A stretch of 64,000 bases of DNA from Bdellovibrionales bacterium RIFOXYD12_FULL_39_22 (GTDB taxonomy: Bacteria; Bdellovibrionota; Bacteriovoracia; Bacteriovoracales; Bacteriovoracaceae), in the NCBI GenBank assembly GCA_001770205.1, contig MEQL01000027.1, positions 1 to 64,000 on the forward strand. Direction: 5' to 3'. The stretch's first letter is position 1. Every line of letters begins with the position of its first letter. The notes beneath the pieces were generated by a model that was not told the origin of the DNA, did not search any database, and saw nothing but the letters and a program-made list of their open reading frames with translations. Made by a program: the position numbers and the translations under genes. Shown here piece after piece: positions 18,068 to 27,237 of the stretch.

Positions 18068-19688
18068 AAATAATAATAACGATATGCATCTTTTAGTTTG
18101 GGCCGGAATACTGTTTGCGTGGATTGGGTATCAAAAATATCACGCGCGAGTATTTCAATTTTATTACGATCACCAGTTTAAGATTGTCTCAATTTCAATA
18201 GCCCTAAGTTTGTTTGTGCTACTAATCGTAATTGAAAGAATTGCAACCAAAAGATCGAAGATTATGGAGGAGCGAGCAATTTTAGCAGACGCTCCAGAAG
18301 CGGTGTATTGTGGGAGAGATTCGGATAGGAAAAAGGTATTTATCAAGCCAAAGCAGAGAGCAATGCATACTCAAGTAATTGGCACAACCAACGCAGGAAA
18401 AACCGAGTCAGTGATTTTACCTTGGGCCATACAAGACATCAAAGATGGGCGCGGCCTTTTGCTAATTGATGGCAAGGCCGATAAATCCTTGCTGAATAAA
18501 CTTTGGGCCTATACCAAAAAGTACAACAGAGAGGCAGATTTCAAGCTTTTTAGTTTGTCTAATCCACAATTTTCTGAGGCATTTAATCCGCTGATTGGAG
18601 GGACAGCAGAGGAGATTACTGAGCGAGTGTTTAATGCGTTTGAGTTTGAAAATCCCTACTATCGCAGTCTGCAATATGAAGTGATGAGTCAGGTGATGCG
18701 GATATTTGAAAGCAACAAAATAACGCCAACCTTTGAAAAGTTGCTTCAAGTGATAAACGATCTAGCTCTTATAGATAAGTTAGCCAGTCAAACAAATGAT
18801 CTGCAACTTATAACGTGGGTTAAAAAGTTTAATGATCTTTCTCCAACAGAAAGAGAGATGCGCACCAGCGGACTGCTTACAGCAATGGGCCATTTTGTTT
18901 ATGGAAAGGTGGGGGAACTTTTTAATGCTGAGAATAATATGATCTCGATTGATGAGGCCTTGAGCAAAAATCAGATTGTCTACTTTCAGTTACCAGTACT
19001 GCTTTCTCCCTTTTTGGGAAAGGCAACTGGTAAGTTAGTATTGCAGTCGTTGCAGGCGGCTGTTGCCAACAGGCATAGAGGACAAGGAGGAAACCCAAGA
19101 TTTTTCGGTGCTTATTTAGATGACTTTTCTGAGTATCTGTATCCTGGCTTTGTTTCGATTTTAAATAAATCCAGAAGTGCTAATGTGGGAGTGGTGTTTG
19201 CGCATCAGGCCTTGGGAGACATAACGCAGCTTGGGGATTCTGTGGCAAATGCTATTTTGACCAATTCAAATTTGAAGATATTTATGCGCGGTAATGATCC
19301 TGAATCGGCGGAATATTTTTCAAAAACGATAGGTACAAAAGCAACAACCAAATTTACTGAGCGGCAAAAGAATGGATTTTTTAATAACAAACAAAGAACA
19401 GGAGAGCTGTCGGCCAGAGAGGTGGAGGAGTTTATTGTTCATCCAAATGTATTCAAACGCGAGCTTGGAGTTGGTGAAGCTTTAATGATGATTCCACATG
19501 ATGGAGGTAGCAAAACAGTGAAGATAAAATTTGATATATTCGATGACTTGCCATCAGTGCCACTAAAACCAGTAGTAAAAGAATCAAGGCAAATAGTGCA
19601 GTTAGTAACAGTGAGTGACAGCAAAACAGAACGAGGTGAAAAAATAACATTAACCCTTTCCCAAACACACTCTTCGGAGGTTTTATGA
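18057..19688 (+). CDS. virD4: Type IV coupling protein (VirD4/TraD-like)
   Basis: Two N-terminal TMs; GTTNAGKT, IDGK, FNPL, LDDF, SRSANVGVVFAHQ. Confidence 0.9.
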   Translation: MDSKNNNNDMHLLVWAGILFAWIGYQKYHARVFQFYYDHQFKIVSISIALSLFVLLIVIERIATKRSKIMEERAILADAPEAVYCGRDSDRKKVFIKPKQRAMHTQVIGTTNAGKTESVILPWAIQDIKDGRGLLLIDGKADKSLLNKLWAYTKKYNREADFKLFSLSNPQFSEAFNPLIGGTAEEITERVFNAFEFENPYYRSLQYEVMSQVMRIFESNKITPTFEKLLQVINDLALIDKLASQTNDLQLITWVKKFNDLSPTEREMRTSGLLTAMGHFVYGKVGELFNAENNMISIDEALSKNQIVYFQLPVLLSPFLGKATGKLVLQSLQAAVANRHRGQGGNPRFFGAYLDDFSEYLYPGFVSILNKSRSANVGVVFAHQALGDITQLGDSVANAILTNSNLKIFMRGNDPESAEYFSKTIGTKATTKFTERQKNGFFNNKQRTGELSAREVEEFIVHPNVFKRELGVGEALMMIPHDGGSKTVKIKFDIFDDLPSVPLKPVVKESRQIVQLVTVSDSKTERGEKITLTLSQTHSSEVL

Positions 19689-20110
19689 CAAACAGTTTAA
19701 TAATATTAGTTGTACTTGTTGCCGCAATTTTTGGAGGTTGCGCAACAAGTACAAGAAGCACCGCCCTTGGCGGTGCTATCGGAGCAGGCACGGGCGCAGT
19801 CCTAGGTGGAATCGCTGATCCTGGAAAACATGGTGAGTACCGTACTCGAAATGTAATCGTTGGTACGGCGCTTGGTGGAATGGCCGGAATGATGGCAGGC
19901 TCCATCATCCACGAAAACACAGAAGAAAAAATGCAAGAGGCATACGCCGCAGGGAAACGATCAGCTCCGATGTCAGGAGCTATGCCAGCTTTGCAAAAAC
20001 CAAAAGTAGAAGCTCGCTGGGTTGAAAGTCAAATTGTAGGCAATCGTTATATCGAAAGCCATTTTGAGTATGTGATTATTGAACCAACTAAATGGGAGGA
20101 GAGCGAATGA
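19685..20110 (+). CDS. Glycine-zipper lipoprotein (transfer-associated)
   Basis: Lipobox FGGC; GAIGAGTGAVLGG zipper. Confidence 0.7.
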   Translation: MTNSLIILVVLVAAIFGGCATSTRSTALGGAIGAGTGAVLGGIADPGKHGEYRTRNVIVGTALGGMAGMMAGSIIHENTEEKMQEAYAAGKRSAPMSGAMPALQKPKVEARWVESQIVGNRYIESHFEYVIIEPTKWEESE

Positions 20111-20880
20111 ACTTTTTAAATATTCCTGGCAGACCTCTTGGGGAAGCTGGATTTGAGGCAATTGCTCTAGCTGGAAAAACAGGTTTTATCTGTCGTCAAA
20201 CATGGAATCTGTTTTTTGCAAAAGGTACTTTTAGATGGCGGCACAAACAATTACATAGTCTAATTAAAAATGGCTATTTAAAACCACATGCAAATCAGGA
20301 GGTAAAAAACATATATGTTTTGGGGCAGCGGGGAAAAGATTTGTTGAAAAGTAAAAATCTAGGTTTTGTTATGCCTCCAATGTTACATACGGTAACGCAC
20401 GATCGTGTTTTAATGCAATCACTATTTCGGTTAGCAAGTAGAGGATTTGTTGCCAATTGGAATACCGAAGCAGAACTAAAAAAAGAGAACTTCGGTGACT
20501 GGGGAATAAGAGTTAAGAACAATAAAATCAAATATCCAGATGCCACGGCAGAAATATCTGTGGCCGGGAAAGTGCGATTAGTTGCCTTTGAATATGAAAA
20601 AGAAAGGAAATCTTTTTCGCGCTATCGGGATATTTTATTTTCCTATGCGCAACAATCGACCTATTCAATGATACTTTATATTTGTGAAACGGAGGCCATT
20701 AAAATGGCACTTGTAAAGACGATGGCAAAAATTCGAAGTACCAATCTTGAAAGTAGAATTGGTTTTGTTGATGCTGATTCGTGGAAGAGCAATCCAGAAT
20801 CAGCACCAATTTCTCTTCGAGGTGGAGTCATAAAATTGATAGATATTTGTAAAGTTGATCATAATAAATTCGCAGTTTAA
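20107..20880 (+). CDS. Replication-relaxation-family protein (wHTH plus PD-(D/E)xK fold); candidate relaxase
   Basis: wHTH-like N-terminus (LIKNGYL...YVLGQRG), THD, YPDA...AFEYEKERKS..RY; ATGA-coupled to the tra operon. Confidence 0.65.
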   Translation: MNFLNIPGRPLGEAGFEAIALAGKTGFICRQTWNLFFAKGTFRWRHKQLHSLIKNGYLKPHANQEVKNIYVLGQRGKDLLKSKNLGFVMPPMLHTVTHDRVLMQSLFRLASRGFVANWNTEAELKKENFGDWGIRVKNNKIKYPDATAEISVAGKVRLVAFEYEKERKSFSRYRDILFSYAQQSTYSMILYICETEAIKMALVKTMAKIRSTNLESRIGFVDADSWKSNPESAPISLRGGVIKLIDICKVDHNKFAV

Positions 20881-20977
20881 TTATGTTCCTTTTCGCAGGC
20901 CAGCATGATCTTTAAAAAGAGTGAAGTTATTTTTTTAAAATTATCCATAAGAGTTTAAATCAACAGAACTATTTCCG

Positions 20978-21080
20978 CCGCCGCCCTTTGTTCGCCATCC
21001 TGTCTTTGTTGGTGACCACTCCCCCCCAACGATGTTGAGAGGAAGTGGTCACCAACAGGAAGGAAGGCAGTGGGCGGCGG
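20978..21080. repeat. Long GC-rich imperfect inverted repeat (candidate oriT/origin)
   Basis: 14-bp perfect arms 21007-21020/21044-21057; outer arms CCGCCGCCC 20978-20986/GGGCGGCGG 21072-21080; inner CAAC/GTTG. Confidence 0.8.
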
Positions 21081-21100
21081 TAGGAAGAGGAGTAGAAAGT

Positions 21101-21640
21101 ATGAATGATATGATAGTTAAAGAAGTAGGAATAAGTAGTGATAGTAAGAATAGGAGTGAGGAATTAGGTAGTAATATAGATAATAGTAGGGATAGGAGAA
21201 GAGAGGGAGAGAGAGAAGAAAGAGGAATAAAGAATGAAAGTAGAGATCAGGGGTTGTATAGAGTAGTAGTGAATAAGGGGGCGGAGAGGGCGTTGTCGTT
21301 TGTAATGGATAAAGTAAATGAGGGATTTATAGGTGGCAAAGTAAATAAGACGGAAGTAGCAAATTGGATAATGATAAAATTTAAAGAGGCTTTTAATGAG
21401 GATGTTTTAAGGGAGATTCGGATGGAATATTTTGACGAGGTGGCGGTGTTAGAGTCAATTTTGCGTCGGGCCAAAGAGAGCGGTAAAGTTCCGAGTGAAT
21501 TTAAAAGCTTATTGCAAAAACAAATGATTTTAGATGAGGCACCGAAAAAAAAGATAAAAAAGGCCTTGACAGGTAATGGTATCAATGATGTCATGGACGC
21601 TGATGAAGAGATAAAAACAGTTGTTGCAAAAGATAAATAA
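21101..21640 (+). CDS. Hypothetical charged protein
   Basis: GAGGAG RBS before ATG 21101; the upstream ATG 21032 lies in the hairpin loop. Confidence 0.6.
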   Translation: MNDMIVKEVGISSDSKNRSEELGSNIDNSRDRRREGEREERGIKNESRDQGLYRVVVNKGAERALSFVMDKVNEGFIGGKVNKTEVANWIMIKFKEAFNEDVLREIRMEYFDEVAVLESILRRAKESGKVPSEFKSLLQKQMILDEAPKKKIKKALTGNGINDVMDADEEIKTVVAKDK

Positions 21641-21651
21641 GGTAAAAGCAT

Positions 21652-21873
21652 ATGGAAGGTGATGACATTAGAAAAGTAAGAGAAAAACTTGGACTGACTC
21701 GTCATGAGATGGCCGAGTTCCTTTGTTTGGCCGGATATCGGAGTATGATGAACATAGAAAATGATTTTCGACGGTCATCAAAATTCACCGCAAAGGTTTT
21801 ATCTTATCTGGATTCATTACCAAAAAACAAAGCGCTTGGATTAATTGAGGAGTTAAATCGCCATGAACCGTGA
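21652..21873 (+). CDS. XRE-family HTH regulator
   Basis: IRKVREKLGLTRHEMAEFL...NIEN. Confidence 0.8.
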   Translation: MEGDDIRKVREKLGLTRHEMAEFLCLAGYRSMMNIENDFRRSSKFTAKVLSYLDSLPKNKALGLIEELNRHEP

Positions 21874-22105
21874 ATTTTTTTCCCAAACATGGAGACTTCT
21901 TGTGGCAAAAAACAAATTACTTTCTGGAGCAAAAAAAGCTCCGAAGAAGCTTAAAGTTAGATTGATTCCGTACTATGAAAATATGATTGAGTTCCAACAA
22001 CGTAAAGAAGAAGCGCAAGAGATCATCGCTAAAATGATCATTCTTGCCACTACTCGTGGCCGTCCTCGCAAAGACGAAGAGGAGGATTTTGAACATGCAG
22101 CATAA
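21863..22105 (+). CDS. Small basic protein with AT-hook-like RGRPRK; candidate recombination directionality factor
   Basis: Overlaps the HTH gene and the integrase start; function is inferred from position. Confidence 0.55.
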   Translation: MNREFFSQTWRLLVAKNKLLSGAKKAPKKLKVRLIPYYENMIEFQQRKEEAQEIIAKMIILATTRGRPRKDEEEDFEHAA

Positions 22106-23867
22106 GATTGGGATATACGTTCGCGTCAGTACTGAGGAGCAATCCCAGATAGCTGACGGATCATTGGAAAGCCAGCAACATCGAGTGCGATCCTTTGTTG
22201 AAGTAAAAAATCTCCAAGAGAAAAATTGGGGAAAGATTGTCGAAACTTATATTGATGACGGATATTCTGCAAAGAACACCAATCGCCCTGCATATCAGCG
22301 GATGTTAAAAGATATTCGCAGTGGCCGGATTAGTTTGATTTTGATTACCGATCTTTCCAGACTTTCGCGCAGTATTTCAGATTTTTGTGTACTTTTAAAA
22401 GACCTAGAAAAGTACAAAGCAAAATTTCTTTCGATCAAAGAACAGTTCGATACTAGTACACCGGCCGGGGAAATGATGATCTTTAATATGATAAATTTGG
22501 CCCAATTTGAGAGACGGCAAACGTCAGAGAGGATCTCCCTAAATTTCCATTCAAGAGCAATGAGAGGGTTGGTTAATGGAGGTTCTCCGATACTTGGATT
22601 TGATAAAGATCCAACCAATCCAGGACGCCTTGTTGTCAACGAAGACGAGGCCAAGATGATCAGATATATTTTTGATCTGTACTTGGAAGTCGGAAGTTTA
22701 TCCCAAACGACTAAGCGATTAAATGATGAAAAAATTAATCGCAAGGCCAATGAGAAGCAAACTGCTCGCCATGTTGCCGCTGGACGGTGGACCGTTGTTG
22801 CGGTTCAAAGGTTACTAAAAAATTTCGCCTATGTAGGAATGAGAGAGGTTAATAAGGGCAATATTGATGAACAAGCAAGTTCACTGAAGGCGTGGCAACA
22901 GTACCAACTGGTGAAGGCATCATGGCCAGCCATTGTGGATAAAAAGGTTTTTGATCAAGTGCAAAAGGCCATAGAGCAGGCAAAGGAATCCGAACGCAAG
23001 AGGATTTCTGGATCAGAAAATAGAGTTTTTCTGGCATCAGGATTTTTACGCTGTGGCCATTGTCATCGCGCACTATTTGGCCAATCTGCGCACGGAAGAA
23101 ACCAAGTTCACCGTTATTACGCCCATAAAACTTCAATTGGTGAGAAGCTTGATTGCCCGATAAGGCGTATTCCTGCCGATGAAGTTGAGAACGCGATTAT
23201 TCAATACTTGGATCAGGTTATTTTGAGCGTTGGCCATCTGGATAAAGTTGAGACTAATATCGAGAAATCTTTGGGCGTTAATCAATCTGCATCTGTGGCC
23301 AAAAAAGAGCAGGTGGAAAGATCGATTTCTAAAATCACTGGCGAAATTGACTCAGTTTTTAGGATTTTATCCAGCTTCACTGATGGCAGTGCTGGCGGTG
23401 ATTTAGTACGGGAACGGTTACAAACATTGGCAGTGAAAAAAAGGGATTTGGAAAAAGAATTGGAAGATTTGGTTCATAATGGAAGCTTTTGTGTGGACAC
23501 AAAAGAGGTAATAAAAGTAATTGAGGAGCGGGTTTTGGAGTTCAAACGTGGATGGAAAAAGGCCACGGCAATTCTTCAAAAAAGACTGCTTAGAAAAATT
23601 TTTCATCAGCTTTTTCTAACGGAGTGTGGCCTTGATGTCTACTATCCGTTGGGCGAAGATTCAAAAGATTGTGGTAATGATTCTAAAACAAAAAGGCCAT
23701 CGGGAGTTAATCCCGATGGCCTTCTATTTCCGTTTCGACGGCCAGCTGTCGGTCTTCCGTTCGCTGGTTCGTCTATTGTAACGGTTGGTGGACCTGACAG
23801 GGATCGAACCTGCGACGCCTTGACTGCCAGCCAAGTACTCTACCAACTGAGCTACAGGCCCACATAA
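22095..23867 (+). CDS. Large serine recombinase (integrase)
   Basis: IYVRVSTEEQ catalytic Ser, DDGYSA..RP, DLSRLSR, recombinase domain, CGHC..C Zn ribbon, coiled coil; GGAGG RBS at 22081. Confidence 0.93.
   Translation: MQHKIGIYVRVSTEEQSQIADGSLESQQHRVRSFVEVKNLQEKNWGKIVETYIDDGYSAKNTNRPAYQRMLKDIRSGRISLILITDLSRLSRSISDFCVLLKDLEKYKAKFLSIKEQFDTSTPAGEMMIFNMINLAQFERRQTSERISLNFHSRAMRGLVNGGSPILGFDKDPTNPGRLVVNEDEAKMIRYIFDLYLEVGSLSQTTKRLNDEKINRKANEKQTARHVAAGRWTVVAVQRLLKNFAYVGMREVNKGNIDEQASSLKAWQQYQLVKASWPAIVDKKVFDQVQKAIEQAKESERKRISGSENRVFLASGFLRCGHCHRALFGQSAHGRNQVHRYYAHKTSIGEKLDCPIRRIPADEVENAIIQYLDQVILSVGHLDKVETNIEKSLGVNQSASVAKKEQVERSISKITGEIDSVFRILSSFTDGSAGGDLVRERLQTLAVKKRDLEKELEDLVHNGSFCVDTKEVIKVIEERVLEFKRGWKKATAILQKRLLRKIFHQLFLTECGLDVYYPLGEDSKDCGNDSKTKRPSGVNPDGLLFPFRRPAVGLPFAGSSIVTVGGPDRDRTCDALTASQVLYQLSYRPT
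23685..23723 (-). terminator. Intrinsic terminator for tRNA-Ala, embedded in the integrase CDS
   Basis: 13-bp perfect stem AAGGCCATCGGGA (23693-23705)/TCCCGATGGCCTT (23711-23723) followed by a U-rich run on the - strand. Confidence 0.75.
23786..23861 (-). tRNA. tRNA-Ala(GGC)
   Basis: 76 nt GGGCCTGTAGCTCAGTTGGTAGAG...CT-GGC-AG...GGTTCGATCCC...CCACCA; cloverleaf with G3:U70 and encoded CCA. Confidence 0.97.
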
Positions 23868-23882
23868 CAAATTGTGAGCTAT

Positions 23883-23911
23883 AATTTATGTAATTGATAA
23901 CGCTTTTGCAA
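23883..23911 (-). promoter_or_regulatory. Putative sigma70 promoter of tRNA-Ala
   Basis: TTGCAA-N17-TAAATT on the - strand. Confidence 0.5.
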
Positions 23912-24032
23912 GAGGTTTGGATATATTTTATCTAAGCGGTATGCGAAAGAGGTCTACCAACTTGTGTTTCGGCCAAGTTTCATAAATAATCAGAGAAGTA
24001 GTTTAAATTTACGAAAAACCAGGGAAAATTTG

Positions 24033-25385
24033 ATGAGTATATATGTAAACCGTGTATTGAATATGAAAAAAATCAAGGCCATTGGTTTTGATATGGATTA
24101 TACCTTGGTTCGCTATAATACAGAGAATTTTGAAGAATTTACGTACTACGTAATTATAGAAAAACTGATAAAAGAGAAAAACTATCCAGCAGCAATATCG
24201 GAGTTTAAGTTTGAATATAATCGCGTCATCCAAGGCCTGGTTTTAGATAAAAAAAATGGGAATATTTTAAAACTGAGTCGTTTTGGAAAAGTTAAGTCTA
24301 GTTATCATGGGACTTCTCCGATTGATTTTACCAAGCAAAAAGAAATTTATGAGAATAAAGTTATTGATTTGTCGGATAATAATATTGAAAGTCTTGATAC
24401 TCTCTTTGCCATTGCCCATGGGGTGCTTTTTTCTCAGTTAATTGATTATAAAAATAGTAACGGTGGCCTATCTAGTTACGAACAAATTGCGCTGGATATT
24501 CGGTATGTTCTGGATCTGGCACATCAAGATGGTTCTATTAAAGATGAAGTGCGACGGAATATATCAAAATATATAATCCCAGATCTTCGATTACCTCGCC
24601 TATTAGAGGTATATAGGGATTTTGGAAAAAAACTAATTATTGTGACAAATTCGGATTACGCATACACCAAGTTGTTAATGGATTATGCATTTACTCCATA
24701 TTTGGCGAAATATAAATCGTGGACAGATCTTTTTGAACTTGTCATTACAGGATCGTCCAAGCCAAAGTTTTTTACCCAGAAATCACCTTTTTTACATGTA
24801 AATCCAGAAACTGGCCTAATGTCTAATTACCGAGATAAATTACGTCCAGGAATCTATCAGGGGGGATCTGCATTTCAAGTAGAACGTGATCTGGATTTAA
24901 ATCCAACGGAGATTTTATATATTGGCGATCATATTTATGGTGATGTAGTTAGCTTGAAAAAAACATTTCAGTGGAGAACCGCACTAGTTTTGGCCCCACT
25001 TGAAGAAGAACTGGCAGCACTCAAAACGAGTCTTCCAAATCAGCATAAAATAGATAAGGCAATGCAGGAAAAAAGCGAGTTAGAGGCAGAGATTAATAGA
25101 CTCTACAATACCGAGGCCCCCCATAAACATCTGTCGACGCCAATTTATGAAAAAATTGAAAAAATTAACCAGAAAATTTCTACATACATAGAAGAAAATC
25201 AAAAATTTTTCAATCCATATTGGGGAAGCCTGATGCGTGCCGGCCAAGAAGAAAGTTTAATGGCCGCGCAGATTGAAAAGTATGCTTGTCTCTATATGGT
25301 TAAAGTTAGTGATTTAGTGGAGCTATCTCCTAAATCGTATTATCGCCCTCGGCGCAGAACTTTACCGCATGAACATTTAGAATAG
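24033..25385 (+). CDS. HAD-IG family 5'-nucleotidase (cN-II-like)
   Basis: GFDMDYTL, TNS, KPKFF, YIGDHIYGD. Confidence 0.9.
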   Translation: MSIYVNRVLNMKKIKAIGFDMDYTLVRYNTENFEEFTYYVIIEKLIKEKNYPAAISEFKFEYNRVIQGLVLDKKNGNILKLSRFGKVKSSYHGTSPIDFTKQKEIYENKVIDLSDNNIESLDTLFAIAHGVLFSQLIDYKNSNGGLSSYEQIALDIRYVLDLAHQDGSIKDEVRRNISKYIIPDLRLPRLLEVYRDFGKKLIIVTNSDYAYTKLLMDYAFTPYLAKYKSWTDLFELVITGSSKPKFFTQKSPFLHVNPETGLMSNYRDKLRPGIYQGGSAFQVERDLDLNPTEILYIGDHIYGDVVSLKKTFQWRTALVLAPLEEELAALKTSLPNQHKIDKAMQEKSELEAEINRLYNTEAPHKHLSTPIYEKIEKINQKISTYIEENQKFFNPYWGSLMRAGQEESLMAAQIEKYACLYMVKVSDLVELSPKSYYRPRRRTLPHEHLE

Positions 25386-25403
25386 TGGCGGATTATTTTT
25401 ATT

Positions 25404-26420
25404 TTATTTTCTAGCGCCAATTTTCTTATAACAAATTTCATCTAAAAATTGTGCATGAATTCGCCAGACATCGGCTCCATATCCGCCGGCCATGAGGTAT
25501 AGCTGTGGCAGTCTAAGATGTTCGAAGAAATTATAAAGGAGCATATCTCGTTCTTTCATTTGCTCGATTGTTAGCTTGAGCGGTTCAGTACTTTTTAGGG
25601 CATCATGTTCATAGGGATCAGAGCCATGGACAATAACAACCAAATCTGGCAGCAAGTTCGATATTTTTTTTAAGCGCTGCAGTCCATCCTCCAGTTTGCT
25701 TAGATAGTGATGCTCTTCACCTGCGGCAATGGGTATATCTATATTGCTTGGAATAAACCATGGATGCAAATTGCCATTAACATCAACCTCATCACCAATA
25801 AGCGGCCATCCATTGGCCATATGAATGCTCAAGGTTAGAATCGATGGATCGTCTTTTAGAATTTGGGCGGTGCCATCACCTTTGTGAGCATCAACATCTA
25901 CCACCCAGGCGGTTTTGACCTTTTTTAATTGTTGCATTTTTCGAATAGCTATAACGATATCGTTAACTAGACAAAAGCCGCGAGGCGCAGAGGACATAGC
26001 GTGGTGGCCTCCTCCTCCTAATACATAGGCGAAACCATGCTCTAGTGCTACCGATGCTCCTTGAATACATGCCCCGGTATGTAAAAGGAGGGTTGTTGCC
26101 AGATTCATAAGAGGGTGTTGAGCACGCGCAGGATTATAGCGATTATATTGGCCCGAAGAATCTACTAATTCAAAACCTTCTATAATCAACTGATTTAAAT
26201 CTTCTCCTTTGGCCAAAATTTTTTCAACAAATTGTGGGCCATGGGCCAAGAGCAAATCTTCGCGTGTAGGCATGGCCAGAGATGGGGGAGTAGCAAATTG
26301 ACTTTCGTGATAACGGCCTCTTAAAAAATCAAAGCTTTTAGAGGCACGATCATCTTGCATGGGAATTTCGATACCATATTCATCAAGCTTAAGATCAAAA
26401 AGTTCATGATACAGAATCAT
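25404..26420 (-). CDS. Histone deacetylase-family protein
   Basis: GGGHHA, GFC, DVDAHKGDGT, GSD, GGY. Confidence 0.9.
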   Translation of the reverse strand: MILYHELFDLKLDEYGIEIPMQDDRASKSFDFLRGRYHESQFATPPSLAMPTREDLLLAHGPQFVEKILAKGEDLNQLIIEGFELVDSSGQYNRYNPARAQHPLMNLATTLLLHTGACIQGASVALEHGFAYVLGGGGHHAMSSAPRGFCLVNDIVIAIRKMQQLKKVKTAWVVDVDAHKGDGTAQILKDDPSILTLSIHMANGWPLIGDEVDVNGNLHPWFIPSNIDIPIAAGEEHHYLSKLEDGLQRLKKISNLLPDLVVIVHGSDPYEHDALKSTEPLKLTIEQMKERDMLLYNFFEHLRLPQLYLMAGGYGADVWRIHAQFLDEICYKKIGARK

Positions 26421-27237
26421 ATATTTCCTCTATTCGGTAATAGTTTTCCATGTTGTTATGTTTTTTATAACCATTTAGCAAGATAGTTGCCTTTCTTTTT
26501 ATTTCCTCACGGGTTGGCAAAATATTCTCATCTGCCAGCTTGCCGCTTTTTAACATTTGATGCATAGAGAGTACGCGCCAAAAATCCATGGCAAAAAATT
26601 TGCGTGATAGTTGATCTTCATGCCCGCCATATTTATTTATTATGGCCGTTTCCACGAATCCTACTTGATATTTATTGGTAATTCGTAGCCACAGATCATA
26701 GTCCTCACATACTAAAAAACGCTCATCAAAATAACCTACATCCTCAAAAACGGTACGATGAATAAGCGCGGCGGAAGGACTAATTAGACAGAGTGGAAGA
26801 CATTTTGAATAGATCTCGCCACCAAATTTTTGGTGATGATTTTTTTGATTAACCCTAACACCTCGACGATACCAGAATTCTTCCCCGTGGACGATTTTCA
26901 AAGTGGGATTTTTTTTTACCACTTCCATTTGCAGGGCCAGTTTATGAGGAAGCCACTCATCATCAGAGTCTAAAAAGGCCAGCCATTCGCCGGTAGATTT
27001 TTGTATTCCTAAGTTGCGAGCAGCGCTAACACCTTTGTTGGCCGTTTTAATATAGCTTAGTTTTTCATTGGGCGAAATGATTGTCGAAGTATTATCAGTA
27101 GATCCATCATCAATAACATATAAATCAAGATCAAATTGCGAAAGATCTATTTGCTGTTTTAATACTGAATTAACGGCGCGCGGAAGACAGTGGCCGCGAT
27201 TAAATGTAGGGATAATTGTACTAATTTTTATTTTCAT
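26404..27237 (-). CDS. Glycosyltransferase family 2
   Basis: IIPTFNR, DDGSTD, FLDSDD, EDYDLW. Confidence 0.9.
   Translation of the reverse strand: MKIKISTIIPTFNRGHCLPRAVNSVLKQQIDLSQFDLDLYVIDDGSTDNTSTIISPNEKLSYIKTANKGVSAARNLGIQKSTGEWLAFLDSDDEWLPHKLALQMEVVKKNPTLKIVHGEEFWYRRGVRVNQKNHHQKFGGEIYSKCLPLCLISPSAALIHRTVFEDVGYFDERFLVCEDYDLWLRITNKYQVGFVETAIINKYGGHEDQLSRKFFAMDFWRVLSMHQMLKSGKLADENILPTREEIKRKATILLNGYKKHNNMENYYRIEEIYDSVS

Larger units (their letters stand above)
1..23867. mobile_element. Integrative conjugative element (right portion), inserted at tRNA-Ala(GGC); left boundary not seen
   Basis: Large serine recombinase abutting a tRNA, co-oriented T4SS genes with VirB4 and VirD4, and small HTH genes; housekeeping genes start abruptly after 23.9 kb. 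No duplicate of the tRNA 3' end was seen in the window, so including 1-2.6 kb is uncertain. Confidence 0.85.

Noticed and set aside
21032..21100. N-terminal extension of the 202-aa ORF
   Set aside because: The ATG is in the hairpin loop without an RBS; ATG 21101 has GAGGAG.
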